From positions 1,522 through 57,321 of the forward strand of contig DKGH01000136.1 in the NCBI GenBank assembly GCA_002453165.1: a stretch of 55,800 nt of DNA. Reading direction: 5' to 3'. Shown here one piece after another: positions 25,259-35,316 of the stretch. Numbering within the stretch: position 1 is the first letter of the stretch; each line of letters starts with the position of its first letter. The notes under the pieces are model-generated. The model had not been told where the DNA came from. It was given only the letters and a program-made list of their open reading frames with translations, and searched no databases. This DNA is from Verrucomicrobia bacterium UBA6775. Its GTDB lineage: Bacteria; Verrucomicrobiota; Verrucomicrobiia; Limisphaerales; UBA1096. The position numbers and the translations under genes are program-made.

Positions 25259-27247
25259 TTATTCAGCTTGTGAAGCCGGTGCCGGCTCGGCCGGAGCAGT
25301 TTCCTCCGCCTCTTCATCGTCTTCCGTCACGGTCGGGCCAGCGACGGTGTGGCGCTCGATGGTGTTGATGCGATAACGACGGGTGTCGTTGTCGATCTGG
25401 AACTCGGCCTCATCACCCGGCTTCTTTCCAAGGAACGCTTGGCCAAGCGGAGTGAGGTAGCTCAGAATCTGATTGTCCGGATCGCCATCCCATGCACCAA
25501 GCAGGACGAAGGTCTCTTCCTTGTTGCTCTCGAGATTGGTGACCACCAGCTTGTTTCCCACGCTGACCTGATCCACGGAGGCATCGCTGAAGTCAGTGCC
25601 CCGCGCGCGAGTAAGGTCGATCTCCAGTTCGCCCTTGCGAGCCATGAGCACCTTCTGCATTTCCTTGGCAGCCTTGAACTCGTGGTTCTCGCGAAGGTCA
25701 CCGTAGCTCCGAGCGATGGCGATTTCCTTTGAGTTGGCAGGAATCTTCTTTTTGACCAATTCCTCGTACTCATTCTTGCGACGCTCGAGGCTCGGCCAGG
25801 AGACGATCAAAAGATTGTCGTCCTTGGTCTGGTCACCGGAAATCATTGATTGAATCGACGGATAGGCCTTAACGATGCGACCCAGCAACGAGCGCTTGTC
25901 CATGTCGTCGAAACAAATGGTCGCCTGCAGTGCCCGCACCAGATCCTCCACCACCTCGACGTCCGCAGAGCCGATCAGGTCGGTGATCAATTCCTGATCG
26001 GACATGATGAAGTCGCCGAGTTTGCTGGTCTTTTTCTCGTTGAACCGATCCTGCTCAATCGCAGCCATCATGGCACCAAACACCTCCGGCCCAAGAATGT
26101 CGGCGAAGCTGTCCGAGCGATTTTTGCCCAACCAAAGCATCAGGTCTGTACTCGCCTCGTGTTTGCTAACCAACTGCTCAAGGTGAACCTTGAACCTATC
26201 AAAATGACCGGCGTCGATGAGCATCTGCGCCAACTCACCCGCCAGGCGCAGACCACTTGAATTCAAGATCTCGAGGTATTTGTCAACCCAGCTATCGGTG
26301 TGAGCCAGGCGGAAGGCATCCAGCGCCAGTTTTTGTTTCGCGGCGGAGAGGCCCTCTATCACCTCGGCCAAGTCCTCCGCTTTTTCAAAAACAGAAGAGG
26401 CCTCAATCTCGCCCTCCCCAGCCTCCATGCCAATGTCTGTGCGGATGGCATCCCGCAGCAGGATCGCTTCAAGCGAGAGCGACGGCTTGAGGTTCATGTG
26501 GTTCTTGATGGCGAGATTCAAAATCTTGATCACCTCGCCGATCACATCATGCTTGTTTTCCGCGTCGCCGATTCCCTTGTGAATCTCGGTGGCGGCAGCG
26601 ATCTGTGCCTTTAAGCCCTTGGCATCGCGGAGGTTGCTCAACAACTGGTCGTGAGCAGAGAGTTCCTGCACGTGGTAAATGATTGGTTCGGTTTTCTTGA
26701 CCGGCAACTGAAAGTGCCCGTCATTTTTCATCTCCTTCTTGGCATCGGCCCACCACTTTTTCCAGTCGTCCTCGATGACATCCGGCACGAGCGATTCCTG
26801 AATCTGAGCCACGGTGGCCTGCCCGCCAAAACTCGTAATAACCAGCTTGATCAACTCCAGGTGATCCAGCGCGCCCATGCGCTTGAGGCCGGCGAGGTCG
26901 GTCGCCTTGCGGGCGAGGATATGGTCGCCATCGAGCGGCTTTAGAATCTTCGCCGCAAAGCCGAGGTCCATCGAGTGCTCCGGCTTGGATTGAAAATCGA
27001 TGGTGATCTTCGCCATCAACGTGTCCACCGTGGTGATTTTTCCAAATCCCCACGAGCGGTGAATACAAAACCCGGCGCTCACCAGCGCGGTCAGCGCATC
27101 GGTTACTTTCGGGTCCAACTTGCCGTCCAAAACCAGACGCTTGAACTCGCTCTGGAGCTGATCCGACTGCTCAACCGTTTCAGTAGTTACGGTCGATTCG
27201 GTCTCTAATTCAGGGGTAGACATTCCTTCCTCTGTCATTGTGCTCAT
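25259..27247 (-). CDS. GreA/GreB-family transcription elongation factor with ~500-aa N-terminal extension
   Basis: The C-terminus, IARSYGDLRENHEFKAAKEMQ ... VSVGNKLVV ... LSYLTPLGQAFLGKKPGD, is a GreA coiled-coil plus FKBP-like domain. The ATG at 27247 (MSTMTEEG) is preferred over the track start at 27316. Confidence 0.75.
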   Translation of the reverse strand: MSTMTEEGMSTPELETESTVTTETVEQSDQLQSEFKRLVLDGKLDPKVTDALTALVSAGFCIHRSWGFGKITTVDTLMAKITIDFQSKPEHSMDLGFAAKILKPLDGDHILARKATDLAGLKRMGALDHLELIKLVITSFGGQATVAQIQESLVPDVIEDDWKKWWADAKKEMKNDGHFQLPVKKTEPIIYHVQELSAHDQLLSNLRDAKGLKAQIAAATEIHKGIGDAENKHDVIGEVIKILNLAIKNHMNLKPSLSLEAILLRDAIRTDIGMEAGEGEIEASSVFEKAEDLAEVIEGLSAAKQKLALDAFRLAHTDSWVDKYLEILNSSGLRLAGELAQMLIDAGHFDRFKVHLEQLVSKHEASTDLMLWLGKNRSDSFADILGPEVFGAMMAAIEQDRFNEKKTSKLGDFIMSDQELITDLIGSADVEVVEDLVRALQATICFDDMDKRSLLGRIVKAYPSIQSMISGDQTKDDNLLIVSWPSLERRKNEYEELVKKKIPANSKEIAIARSYGDLRENHEFKAAKEMQKVLMARKGELEIDLTRARGTDFSDASVDQVSVGNKLVVTNLESNKEETFVLLGAWDGDPDNQILSYLTPLGQAFLGKKPGDEAEFQIDNDTRRYRINTIERHTVAGPTVTEDDEEAEETAPAEPAPASQAE

Positions 27248-27262
27248 CAGGTATTTCTCGGC

Positions 27263-28588
27263 GTGACGCGCCGAAGCGGGCATCATACGCCCGTGGCAGG
27301 CGGGAAACCAAGACAAATTACGCTCGACACATTACTTCGTTCGCAACGGCAACAAGCCGCAGCCGAGAGGTTGCTGACTGACACTCTTCGCGAAGCCAAG
27401 CTGTCCTCTACCGATGCCGGTCTCGCCCGCGAACTGGTCTCCGGTTGTGTCCGCTGGAGGCGACTGCTGGACTGGCTCATCGAGCGGGCCACCGATGGCC
27501 GCGAACAAAAGCCGGCCGTGCAGGAAATTCTTCGGCTTGGTCTGTACCAGATTTTCTTTCTCAACCGCATTCCCGACCATGCCATCGCCGATGAGAGCGT
27601 GCGCTTGGCCAAGCGCAATAAATGCGTAGGTCAGGCAGGCTTCATCAACGCCATGATCCGCCGTTTCCTCCGGGAAAAGGAAACAATCTTTCGCGACATT
27701 TCCACCATTCAGGAGGATCGCCCAGCGCTTGGCCAATCGCACCCCGACTGGCTGTTCGACAACTGGGAGCAAAGCTGGGGGCGCGAGAAAACCATCCGAC
27801 TACTCGAGTGGAACAATCAACCCGCCCCGACCTACGCCCGGCTCAACCGACTGAAAACCAACGCGGAGACCTTGGCCAAGCGCTGGGACGAGGAGCAGGT
27901 CGAGGCCACCGTGTTCGACTGCGACTGGGCGCCAGCAAACACAGTCTACCGGCTCCGCAGCCACCCGCCCATCGAATCAGTCCCGAGTTTTCGTGACGGC
28001 CTATTTTACATACAGGATCCGAGCACGCTGTTATCCGTCGATATGCTCAACCCCAAGTCCAGCCAAGCGGTGCTCGACCTCTGCGCCGCGCCCGGTGGCA
28101 AAACCGGCCTGATCGCCGAGCGAATGAACAATGAAGGCCAACTCACCGCCACCGACACGAGTGACTCAAGGCTTGGCCTGCTGCGGGAAAACTGTGAACG
28201 ACTCGGAGTCACCTGCGCCACGCTTGGCCAAGCGGAGGCTACACTCGCCGATGCCACCCCGAGATTCGATCAGGCGCTGGTCGATGTCCCCTGCTCCAAC
28301 ACCGGGGTGATGCGACGGCGGCTCGACCTGCGTTGGAGGATTTCCCCGGAGGAAACCCGCTACCTCACCGATACGCAAATTCAACTGCTCGCGCGGGCGG
28401 CTGGATTCGTGCGTCCCGGCGGTGCGCTCGTCTACAGCACCTGCAGCATTGAGCCGGAGGAAAACGGGCAGATCGTAAAACGGTTTCTCGAGGAAAACAC
28501 GGGGTGGCAACTGGAAACGGAACGTACGCTGCACCCCGTCGAGGATCACACCGACGGAGCCTACGCCGCCCGGTTGACCAAGGACTGA
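27263..28588 (+). CDS. rsmB: 16S rRNA (cytosine967-C5)-methyltransferase RsmB/Sun
   Basis: NusB-like N-terminal domain, SAM motif DLCAAPGGKT, and the catalytic cysteines in DVPCSNTGVMRR and YSTCSIEPEEN. Confidence 0.85.
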   Translation: MTRRSGHHTPVAGGKPRQITLDTLLRSQRQQAAAERLLTDTLREAKLSSTDAGLARELVSGCVRWRRLLDWLIERATDGREQKPAVQEILRLGLYQIFFLNRIPDHAIADESVRLAKRNKCVGQAGFINAMIRRFLREKETIFRDISTIQEDRPALGQSHPDWLFDNWEQSWGREKTIRLLEWNNQPAPTYARLNRLKTNAETLAKRWDEEQVEATVFDCDWAPANTVYRLRSHPPIESVPSFRDGLFYIQDPSTLLSVDMLNPKSSQAVLDLCAAPGGKTGLIAERMNNEGQLTATDTSDSRLGLLRENCERLGVTCATLGQAEATLADATPRFDQALVDVPCSNTGVMRRRLDLRWRISPEETRYLTDTQIQLLARAAGFVRPGGALVYSTCSIEPEENGQIVKRFLEENTGWQLETERTLHPVEDHTDGAYAARLTKD

Positions 28589-28592
28589 TCCG

Positions 28593-28964
28593 CTAGGCGG
28601 AAGCCATCGGGTTGCGGGCGAATTGGTACTCCGCAACAACGCTACCCCCGATGAGGTGTTCCTGAATGATACGCTCGAGCACGTCCGGGGTGCAGGAGTG
28701 ATACCACGTGCCCTCCGGGTACACGACCGCGATCGGGCCGTTGGCGCACGCGCGAAGGCAGTTGGCCTTTGTCCGGAACACCGCCGGCTCGCTCCCAACG
28801 AGGCCGAGTTCCTTCAGCCGTTTTTTCAAAAACGCCCACGACTCGAGGCCGGCCTCCTTCGCGCAACACTTCGGCTCGCTTTGGTCAGCGCAAAGAAAAA
28901 TGTGGCGCTTGAACTTTTCCAGCCCAAGCGCCGCGGAAACTTTTTGCAATTGCTCGTCGGCCAC
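28593..28964 (-). CDS. thioredoxin-like [2Fe-2S] ferredoxin domain protein
   Basis: The [14 protein letters not shown] ... [20 protein letters not shown] pattern is present. Confidence 0.75.
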   Translation of the reverse strand: MADEQLQKVSAALGLEKFKRHIFLCADQSEPKCCAKEAGLESWAFLKKRLKELGLVGSEPAVFRTKANCLRACANGPIAVVYPEGTWYHSCTPDVLERIIQEHLIGGSVVAEYQFARNPMASA

Positions 28965-28966
28965 GC

Positions 28967-30229
28967 CTACTGGGTTGGCCTCAGTTCACGCACCCAGATG
29001 TTGCGGTAGCGCACCGGGTTACCGTGATCCTGCAACTGAATATGGCCGGGGCCGTGCTCACGGTAGGGGCGTGTACGCTTGTGGCCGAGCATGCCCGGGA
29101 TGTCCACGCCGTGCTGGACCACCACGCCGTTGTGCAGGACCGTGATCCTGGCTTTCTTCGCCACCTTGCCGTCCTTAAATTCCGGCATCTCGAAAATGAT
29201 ATCGTACGCCTGCCACTCACCCGGCGGCCGGGTGACGTTCACGCGCGGAGGCCGATAACCGTAAAGCGAACCGGCCTGCCCGTCAGGGTAAGTCAGGTTG
29301 TCGTAGTTGTCCTGCACCTGCACCTCGTACAAGCCGGCAAGGAATACACCGGAGTTGCCCCTCCCCTGACTGCTGCCCTTGACCTCTGTCGGCGCAGCCC
29401 ACTCGATGTGCAACTGCACGCTGCCAAATTTTTGTTTCGTGCGGATGGTCCCGGATTTTTTCTGGCACTCAAAAAAACCGTCACCCATCTTCCATTTGGG
29501 CGCCTTACCCTTGCCGTCTTCCCACGCATCGAGGTTGGTGCCGTCGAACAGTACGATGGCATCGGACGGCGGCATGCCGGGATTGTCGACCGGCGAAATG
29601 GTGCCGGGATTGATCTGGCGAGGCTGCGGTCGGAACGGATCGTGCACCACCCACGGTGTGCCGGGAATCTTCGGCGTGTCGGTGTAGCCGAAACGAACAC
29701 CGAGCAGGGAGTCGAGTTTGACCACTCGATAGTTGCTCATGTCGCTGGCGCGGTTGTTGGTGGAGATGCCGCCCCGATAGGAGACCAAACCGATGATGTC
29801 CGACTTGCCGAGGCGCGTCCACTTGTCGCCGCTGCGGTATTCGTAAATGAAAAATGCACCGTCGAAACCAATCCGAACCTCCGCCTTACCGGACACCTCC
29901 GCCTCGCCGATTACGGTCCGTTGGCCATCGCGGACGCGAATGGCGCGGATCGTCCCGTCCAAACGAAAAACGGAGGCGTGGTTATCACCGCCAGTGCTCA
30001 GGTAGACGCCGCCGGCCCCCTCGATGGTGACCTCCTGCACCACACCCTGCACGAGACCGCCCATTTCCCGGCTGCGCACCTCCCAGCCTGCGCCGTTTGA
30101 AATGTCCCGGAAATCGCTCCAACCGTCCTTGGAGAAATCCTTGTCCTCGAAGATGACTTCGTTGAGCGCTTGGCCTGAAATCAGGCTCAAACCAAGCGTA
30201 ACTACTGCAAATATCGCTTTTTTGTTCAT
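28967..30229 (-). CDS. DUF1080 (3-keto-disaccharide hydrolase-like) domain protein, secreted
   Basis: Signal peptide, and the C-terminal [22 protein letters not shown] that is characteristic of DUF1080. Confidence 0.8.
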   Translation of the reverse strand: MNKKAIFAVVTLGLSLISGQALNEVIFEDKDFSKDGWSDFRDISNGAGWEVRSREMGGLVQGVVQEVTIEGAGGVYLSTGGDNHASVFRLDGTIRAIRVRDGQRTVIGEAEVSGKAEVRIGFDGAFFIYEYRSGDKWTRLGKSDIIGLVSYRGGISTNNRASDMSNYRVVKLDSLLGVRFGYTDTPKIPGTPWVVHDPFRPQPRQINPGTISPVDNPGMPPSDAIVLFDGTNLDAWEDGKGKAPKWKMGDGFFECQKKSGTIRTKQKFGSVQLHIEWAAPTEVKGSSQGRGNSGVFLAGLYEVQVQDNYDNLTYPDGQAGSLYGYRPPRVNVTRPPGEWQAYDIIFEMPEFKDGKVAKKARITVLHNGVVVQHGVDIPGMLGHKRTRPYREHGPGHIQLQDHGNPVRYRNIWVRELRPTQ

Positions 30230-30378
30230 TCTCAGTAAAATCGGGGCGGCAGTTGTAGCCGCTTGGCCAATCGGACTCCATCATAAAAAAGTGAAAAATG
30301 TTGGGGAAAAGGGCTTGATTCGGTTGGATGCTTTGCTTAGTTTTCCCGCCCTTTTTTGGGAGGAAGGGCCAATCACAG

Positions 30379-30591
30379 ATGCAAAGAAAACTGAAATCCA
30401 TCAAGACCCGTAAGGCGGTCGCCAAACGTTTCAAAATCACCGGCTCCGGCAAAATTGTCCGGAACCGCCCTGGTAAACGACATCTTTTGGCCAGCAAGAA
30501 TGCCAAGCGCCGCCGCAAGCTCGGCACCGCCACCCTCGTCGACAAGACCGACCACGCCCGTGTATTGGAGAACCTCCCGTTTTCCCACTAA
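30379..30591 (+). CDS. rpmI: 50S ribosomal protein L35
   Basis: MQRKLKSIKTRKAVAKRFKITGSGKIVRNRPGKRHLL. ATG at 30379. Confidence 0.9.
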   Translation: MQRKLKSIKTRKAVAKRFKITGSGKIVRNRPGKRHLLASKNAKRRRKLGTATLVDKTDHARVLENLPFSH

Positions 30592-30610
30592 TCAATTTCT
30601 GTAACAGACA

Positions 30611-30973
30611 ATGAGAGCTACAAACGCAGCCGCCTCCCGCAAACGCCGCAAGCGCACCCTCGAAGCCGCCAAGGGCTTTCGCCTTCGCCGCTCCAAGCTT
30701 TACCGCTATGCCAAGGACGCGCTCGAGCACGGTCGTCAATACGCCTATCGCGATCGCAAAAACAAGAAGCGCACCTTCCGCGCCTTGTGGAACCTGCGCA
30801 TCAACGCCGCCGCCCGAGAGGCCGGCATCACGTACAGCCGTTTCATCGAGGGCCTTAAGGCAGCCAACGTCGATGTGAACCGCAAGGTCCTCGCCGACCT
30901 GGCTGCGACCGACTCCGCCGCATTCGGCGAGTTGATCAACACCGCCAAGGGCGCGCTCGAGGCCAAGGGCTAA
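30611..30973 (+). CDS. rplT: 50S ribosomal protein L20
   Basis: RKRRKRTLEAAKGFRLRRSKLYRYAKDALEH ... WNLRINAAAREAGITYSRFI. Confidence 0.95.
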   Translation: MRATNAAASRKRRKRTLEAAKGFRLRRSKLYRYAKDALEHGRQYAYRDRKNKKRTFRALWNLRINAAAREAGITYSRFIEGLKAANVDVNRKVLADLAATDSAAFGELINTAKGALEAKG

Positions 30974-31000
30974 GCCACAGCCAAGTTTGACTTTTTACAC

Positions 31001-31033
31001 GGGCGGCTTTTAATGGCCGCCCTTTTTCTTTTT
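31001..31033 (+). terminator. intrinsic terminator after rplT
   Basis: GGGCGGC ttttaatg GCCGCCC followed by TTTTTCTTTTT. Confidence 0.6.
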
Positions 31034-31049
31034 GGAGAAACTGTTCCGA

Positions 31050-32054
31050 ATGACCTTCACCGACCAAATCGACCCGATCAAGGATGCCGCCCTGCAGGCG
31101 CTGCAGGCCGCCGACAGTCTGGCTGGACTGGATGATGTCCGCGTCCAGTACCTCGGCACCAACGGCCAATTCACCGGTCTGCTCAAGCAGATGGGCAGCC
31201 TTTCCAAGGAGGAACGCCCCGCCGTCGGCAAGGCCGTCAACCAGGCGAAGGTTGCGTTGACCGAAACGCTCAACCGCCGACGCGAGGAACTGGAACTGGC
31301 CGAGGCCGCCCCCAAGCACGCCACCGACTTCACCGCCCCGGGCCGACGCCGGCCGCTGGGCAAAAAACATCCGCTCTCACAGGTCACCGAGGACATCGTG
31401 CGCAGCTTCCGCAAAATCGGCTTCGCCGTGGCCGATGGCCCCGAGATTGAGACGGAACACTACTGCTTCGACGCGCTCAACACCCCGGCTGACCACCCCG
31501 CTCGCGACACGCAGGACACATTTTTCCTCAACACCAACGAGCGGCCGCTCCTGCGCACGCACACCTCCTCGGTTCAGATTCGCGTGATGGAAAAGACGCC
31601 CCCACCGGTGCGCATCATCGTGCCGGGCCGCGTGTATCGCCGGGACACGGCAGACGCCACACACAACCCCACTTTTCATCAGATTGAGGGGCTGTACGTC
31701 GACAAAAACGTCACCGTTGGCGACCTCAAGGGCACGGTGGAGTTTGTCTTCAAGGAACTGCTTGGCAAGGAAATGAAGCTGCGATTCCGGCCACACTACT
31801 TTTCCTACACCGAACCGAGCCTCGAGATCGATTTCAGCAGTCCGCTCGTCCGCAAGATGGGCAAGGAATGGCTCGAGATCGCCGGCTGCGGCATGGTGCA
31901 CCCTCGGGTGTTTGAGAATGTCGGCTACGATCCCGAGCAGTGGAGCGGCTGGGCGTTCGGCTTCGGCATCGAGCGCATCGCGATGATCCGCTACGGCATC
32001 AACGACATCCGCCTCTTATACGAAAACGACAAGCGCTTCCTCGAGCAATTCTAG
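31050..32054 (+). CDS. pheS: phenylalanine--tRNA ligase alpha subunit
   Basis: HPARDTQDTFF, LLRTHTSSVQIR, FRPHYFSYTEPS and GWAFGFGIERIAMIRYGI. No pheT follows. Confidence 0.9.
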   Translation: MTFTDQIDPIKDAALQALQAADSLAGLDDVRVQYLGTNGQFTGLLKQMGSLSKEERPAVGKAVNQAKVALTETLNRRREELELAEAAPKHATDFTAPGRRRPLGKKHPLSQVTEDIVRSFRKIGFAVADGPEIETEHYCFDALNTPADHPARDTQDTFFLNTNERPLLRTHTSSVQIRVMEKTPPPVRIIVPGRVYRRDTADATHNPTFHQIEGLYVDKNVTVGDLKGTVEFVFKELLGKEMKLRFRPHYFSYTEPSLEIDFSSPLVRKMGKEWLEIAGCGMVHPRVFENVGYDPEQWSGWAFGFGIERIAMIRYGINDIRLLYENDKRFLEQF

Positions 32055-32079
32055 CGCTTGCCCAAGCGCTTGGCCAAGT
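32055..32079. repeat. tandem dimer of the palindrome (first unit with one mismatch) directly abutting the pheS stop codon
   Basis: TAG at 32052-32054, then CGCTTGCCCAAGCGCTTGGCCAAGT. Confidence 0.9.
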
Positions 32080-32217
32080 AGTCGGGACCTTGGTTTTCAA
32101 AAAATATCCACATTCGTCTGAATGCGCTTGATTGGTGTTACTTAATTGTTACGTTTCGGTCCCAGTCGTGGGATGGCCCACGGTGATTGACAACTCCCTA
32201 ACCTGAACCAGACCGTC

Positions 32218-33162
32218 GTGAAAATTTTTGCCGGCAATTCGAACCTGCCCTTGGCCGAGTCCATTTGCAACACGATCGGCATCGAGCCGGGCAAGATTAC
32301 CCTCAAAGCATTCCCTGACGGGGAGACGTTTGCCAAGATCGAGGAGAACGTCCGCGGCGAGGATGTGTTCGTGGTGCAATCCTCCTGCCCCCCGACGAAT
32401 CATCACCTAATGGAGTTGTTCATCATCATCGACGCGCTCAAGCGAGCCAGCGCCGACCGCATCACCGCAGTGATGCCGTTCTACGGCTACGCCCGGCAGG
32501 ATCGCAAGGATCAACCGCGCGTCCCGATCTCGGCCAAGCTGGTGGCAAACCTTCTGGTGGCAGCCGGCGCGAACCGGCTCCTCACGATGGATCTCCATGC
32601 CCAGCAGATTCAGGGCTTTTTTGACATCCCGGTGGATCATCTATACGCATCGCCGGTAATGTTTGATTACCTGAAGTACAACAAAAACGGGGATCTCGTG
32701 GTGGTCAGCCCGGATGTGGGTGGATTGAAGATGGCCCACGCCTACTCGGAGATGCTTTCGGCCGATCTCGCCATCGTAGCCAAGCGCCGCACCAGCGCCA
32801 CGGAGACTGAGTCGGTGGGTATCATCGGTGAAATCGAGGAAAAAAACGCACTTTTGGTGGATGACATCACTGAAACAGCCGGAACACTCGTCAACGCGGC
32901 GGCGATTCTCAAGGAGCGAGGGGCACTGAGCGTCCGCGCCGTGGTTTCGCACGCGATTCTCAATGATTTGGGCATCGATCGCCTGAAAAATTCTTGTATT
33001 GACGAACTGATAACGACTGATACAGTCCCCCGCCCCGAAATCGAGGGGCTGAACGTGACGACCCTCTCTGTTGCGGGTTTGTTGGGCGAGGCGATCCAGC
33101 GGATTCACAATAATTCCTCAGTGAACTCGCTGTTTCGATTCAAGGGAGCCCGCACCACCTGA
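32218..33162 (+). CDS. prs: ribose-phosphate pyrophosphokinase
   Basis: GTG start giving MKIFAGNSNLPLAE, then YARQDRK and the PRPP-binding loop VVSPDVGG ... LVDDITETAGT. Confidence 0.95.
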   Translation: MKIFAGNSNLPLAESICNTIGIEPGKITLKAFPDGETFAKIEENVRGEDVFVVQSSCPPTNHHLMELFIIIDALKRASADRITAVMPFYGYARQDRKDQPRVPISAKLVANLLVAAGANRLLTMDLHAQQIQGFFDIPVDHLYASPVMFDYLKYNKNGDLVVVSPDVGGLKMAHAYSEMLSADLAIVAKRRTSATETESVGIIGEIEEKNALLVDDITETAGTLVNAAAILKERGALSVRAVVSHAILNDLGIDRLKNSCIDELITTDTVPRPEIEGLNVTTLSVAGLLGEAIQRIHNNSSVNSLFRFKGARTT

Positions 33163-33196
33163 AGCCCCCTGGGGAAGCCATTTTTAACAGACAGAC

Positions 33197-33859
33197 ATGA
33201 AAGCGATCTCTTTGGCCGCCAATGAGCGTACGTTGACCAAGACGACCGGAAGTAAAAAAGTCCGCAACTCCGGCCGTGTGCCCGGCGTCCTTTACGGCGA
33301 AGGCGACCCTCAAAATATCGAGCTGGAGTCCGTCCAGTTCGAGAACGCCGTCAAGTCCACCTCGGCGAAAAACTTCCTCGTGGAACTGGAGATGGATGGC
33401 ACCAATAGCATGGCGCTGGTGCAGGATGTGCAAAAGCACCCCATCACCCGCCTCTGCCTCCATGTCGATTTCCGACGCCTGACCGATGACAGCGTGATCA
33501 CCGCCAAGGTGCCACTCCTCGCCACCGGTAAGGCCGAGGGTGTAAAAGTCGGTGGTATTTTGCAGACTCTATTCCACACCATAACTCTTCAGGGCAAACC
33601 GGCGGACATTCCGGAAACAGTCGAAGCCGACACCAGTCACCTACAGGTGGGCGAAGGCATCCTGCTCGGTGATCTGGAACTCCCCGAGGGCGTTTCCGCA
33701 TTGGGCAATCCCAAGTCACGGGCAATCGCCGTGGCTGCCTCCCGTATCACGGCCAAGGCCGAAGAGACGGAAGGCGGGGAAGCTGGCGAGGCCGCACCCG
33801 CAGAGGGCGAAGCCTCCGCAGCCGGAGATGCTCCCGCAGAGGAAAAGAAGGAAGATTGA
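33197..33859 (+). CDS. ctc: 50S ribosomal protein L25/general stress protein Ctc
   Basis: RNSGRVPGVLYG ... VQDVQKHPI, with an acidic/Ala-rich C-terminal tail. Confidence 0.9.
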   Translation: MKAISLAANERTLTKTTGSKKVRNSGRVPGVLYGEGDPQNIELESVQFENAVKSTSAKNFLVELEMDGTNSMALVQDVQKHPITRLCLHVDFRRLTDDSVITAKVPLLATGKAEGVKVGGILQTLFHTITLQGKPADIPETVEADTSHLQVGEGILLGDLELPEGVSALGNPKSRAIAVAASRITAKAEETEGGEAGEAAPAEGEASAAGDAPAEEKKED

Positions 33860-33918
33860 TTTTGTTCGAACAGCGAACCGCTTGATGCCGTTCGCTTGGT
33901 TCTTTGAGACGGCCCACC

Positions 33919-34563
33919 ATGGAAGATACATTCCTCATCGTGGGTCTGGGCAATCCCGGAAGGGAATATGCCGGCACCCGACACAACATCGGGTTCATGA
34001 CGCTTGAGCGCTTGGCCAAGCGCTTGGCCTTGGATTGGCAGGTGAATAAAAAATTTACCGCCCACTTGGCCAAGAGCAATCAGGGAGATGCAACTCTCCT
34101 GCTATGCCAACCGCAGGGCTACATGAACGTAAGTGGCAAGACCGTTGCGCCGCTGGCCAGATTTTACCAAATCCCGGCCGATCGCATTGTTGTCGTGCTG
34201 GATGACTTGGATTTGCCGCTTGGCACGCTGCGCATGCGACCCGGTGGAGGCACCGGCGGCCACCGCGGACTCGAGTCCATCAGGGAGTGTCTCGGTACCG
34301 GTGAGTTTCCGCGATTGCGGATCGGGATCGGGCGACCTGCCCCGGCTCGGGATCTGTCCGGTTTTGTGCTCGGCAAATTCACCGAGGACGAATCCGGCCA
34401 ACTGGAAAAGGTGCTGGAAAAAGCGGCGGATCAGCTCGAATGCTGGATGAGCCGGGGCCTGCAGGCGGCCATGAACAATTACAACGGGGATATTTCCCCA
34501 CCGAAAGAGAAGAAAGATGACGAAATACGAAGGAACGATCATCCTGAAGGAAGCGGGACGTGA
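33919..34563 (+). CDS. pth: peptidyl-tRNA hydrolase
   Basis: LIVGLGNPGREYAGTRHNIGF and GGHRGLESI motifs. Its 3' end overlaps the rpsF start by 47 nt. It contains an in-CDS palindrome array at 34001-34030. Confidence 0.9.
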   Translation: MEDTFLIVGLGNPGREYAGTRHNIGFMTLERLAKRLALDWQVNKKFTAHLAKSNQGDATLLLCQPQGYMNVSGKTVAPLARFYQIPADRIVVVLDDLDLPLGTLRMRPGGGTGGHRGLESIRECLGTGEFPRLRIGIGRPAPARDLSGFVLGKFTEDESGQLEKVLEKAADQLECWMSRGLQAAMNNYNGDISPPKEKKDDEIRRNDHPEGSGT

Positions 34564-34804
34564 AAACACCGTCGAGGAGGTGCAGAACCTCATCTCGGCC
34601 GAGATCGACTCCGCCGGCGGCAAGGTCGGCGAGTTCAACGCGACCGGGCTTCAGGATTTCTCCCGTGTGGCCAACCGGAAAAACCCGAACGGCTACTACA
34701 TCGAGGTAAGCTTCGAGAGTAGCCCCGATGCGACAAACGACCTGAAGAAACGCCTGCTGAAAATCAGGGACATCTTCCGGGTGTTCTTCACCAAGCCGGC
34801 TTAA
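34517..34804 (+). CDS. rpsF: 30S ribosomal protein S6
   Basis: A 95-aa protein, MTKYEGTIILK..., with S6-like length and pattern. It sits immediately upstream of ssb. Confidence 0.85.
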   Translation: MTKYEGTIILKEAGRENTVEEVQNLISAEIDSAGGKVGEFNATGLQDFSRVANRKNPNGYYIEVSFESSPDATNDLKKRLLKIRDIFRVFFTKPA

Positions 34805-34845
34805 ACCGATTGATTTTTCACCGCGCAACCGCTTAACCTCCCGAC

Positions 34846-35286
34846 ATGGCAAGCTTCAACAAAGTCATCTTGATGGGCAACCTGACCCGGGATCCTGAAT
34901 TGCGCTACACCCCCAAGGGCACCGCGGTGGCCAAGCTGGCCCTTGCCGTTAACCGCGTGTGGCGGGATGCCGAGGGACAGCAGCAGGAAGAAGTCACTTT
35001 CGTGGATGTAGATGCTTGGGGCAAACAGGCTGAGACTATCGGCCAATATATGCAGAAGGGTAAACCGATCCTTATAGAAGGCCGACTCAAACTAGACCAA
35101 TGGGAAGATAAAAACACAGGGCAAAAACGGAGTCGCTTGGGTGTTGTACTGGATCGCTTTACATTCGTCGGTGGCGGTGGCCAAGCCGGTGGTGGCGGAG
35201 GAGCGCCCCAATCGCCCGCGCCCGCGCCTACATCCGACGTACCGCCGTTCGAAGACGGCCCCTCGGACGACGATGTCCCATTTTAA
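34846..35286 (+). CDS. ssb: single-stranded DNA-binding protein
   Basis: MASFNKVILMGNLTRDPELRYTPKG, a Gly-rich linker and the acidic tip DDDVPF. Confidence 0.9.
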   Translation: MASFNKVILMGNLTRDPELRYTPKGTAVAKLALAVNRVWRDAEGQQQEEVTFVDVDAWGKQAETIGQYMQKGKPILIEGRLKLDQWEDKNTGQKRSRLGVVLDRFTFVGGGGQAGGGGGAPQSPAPAPTSDVPPFEDGPSDDDVPF

Positions 35287-35316
35287 AACTAAAAACCAAT
35301 TTAACGACTTACAGAC

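Noticed and set aside
32080-32217. A possible tRNA or riboswitch in the 160-nt region upstream of prs. Many bacteria have a tRNA-Gln before prs-ctc-pth.
   Set aside because: No cloverleaf can be drawn: there is no T-loop GTTCRANYC and no matching acceptor stems. Only a weak long-range complementarity (GGGACC at ~32083 with GGTCCC at ~32159) is present. I recognise no riboswitch core.
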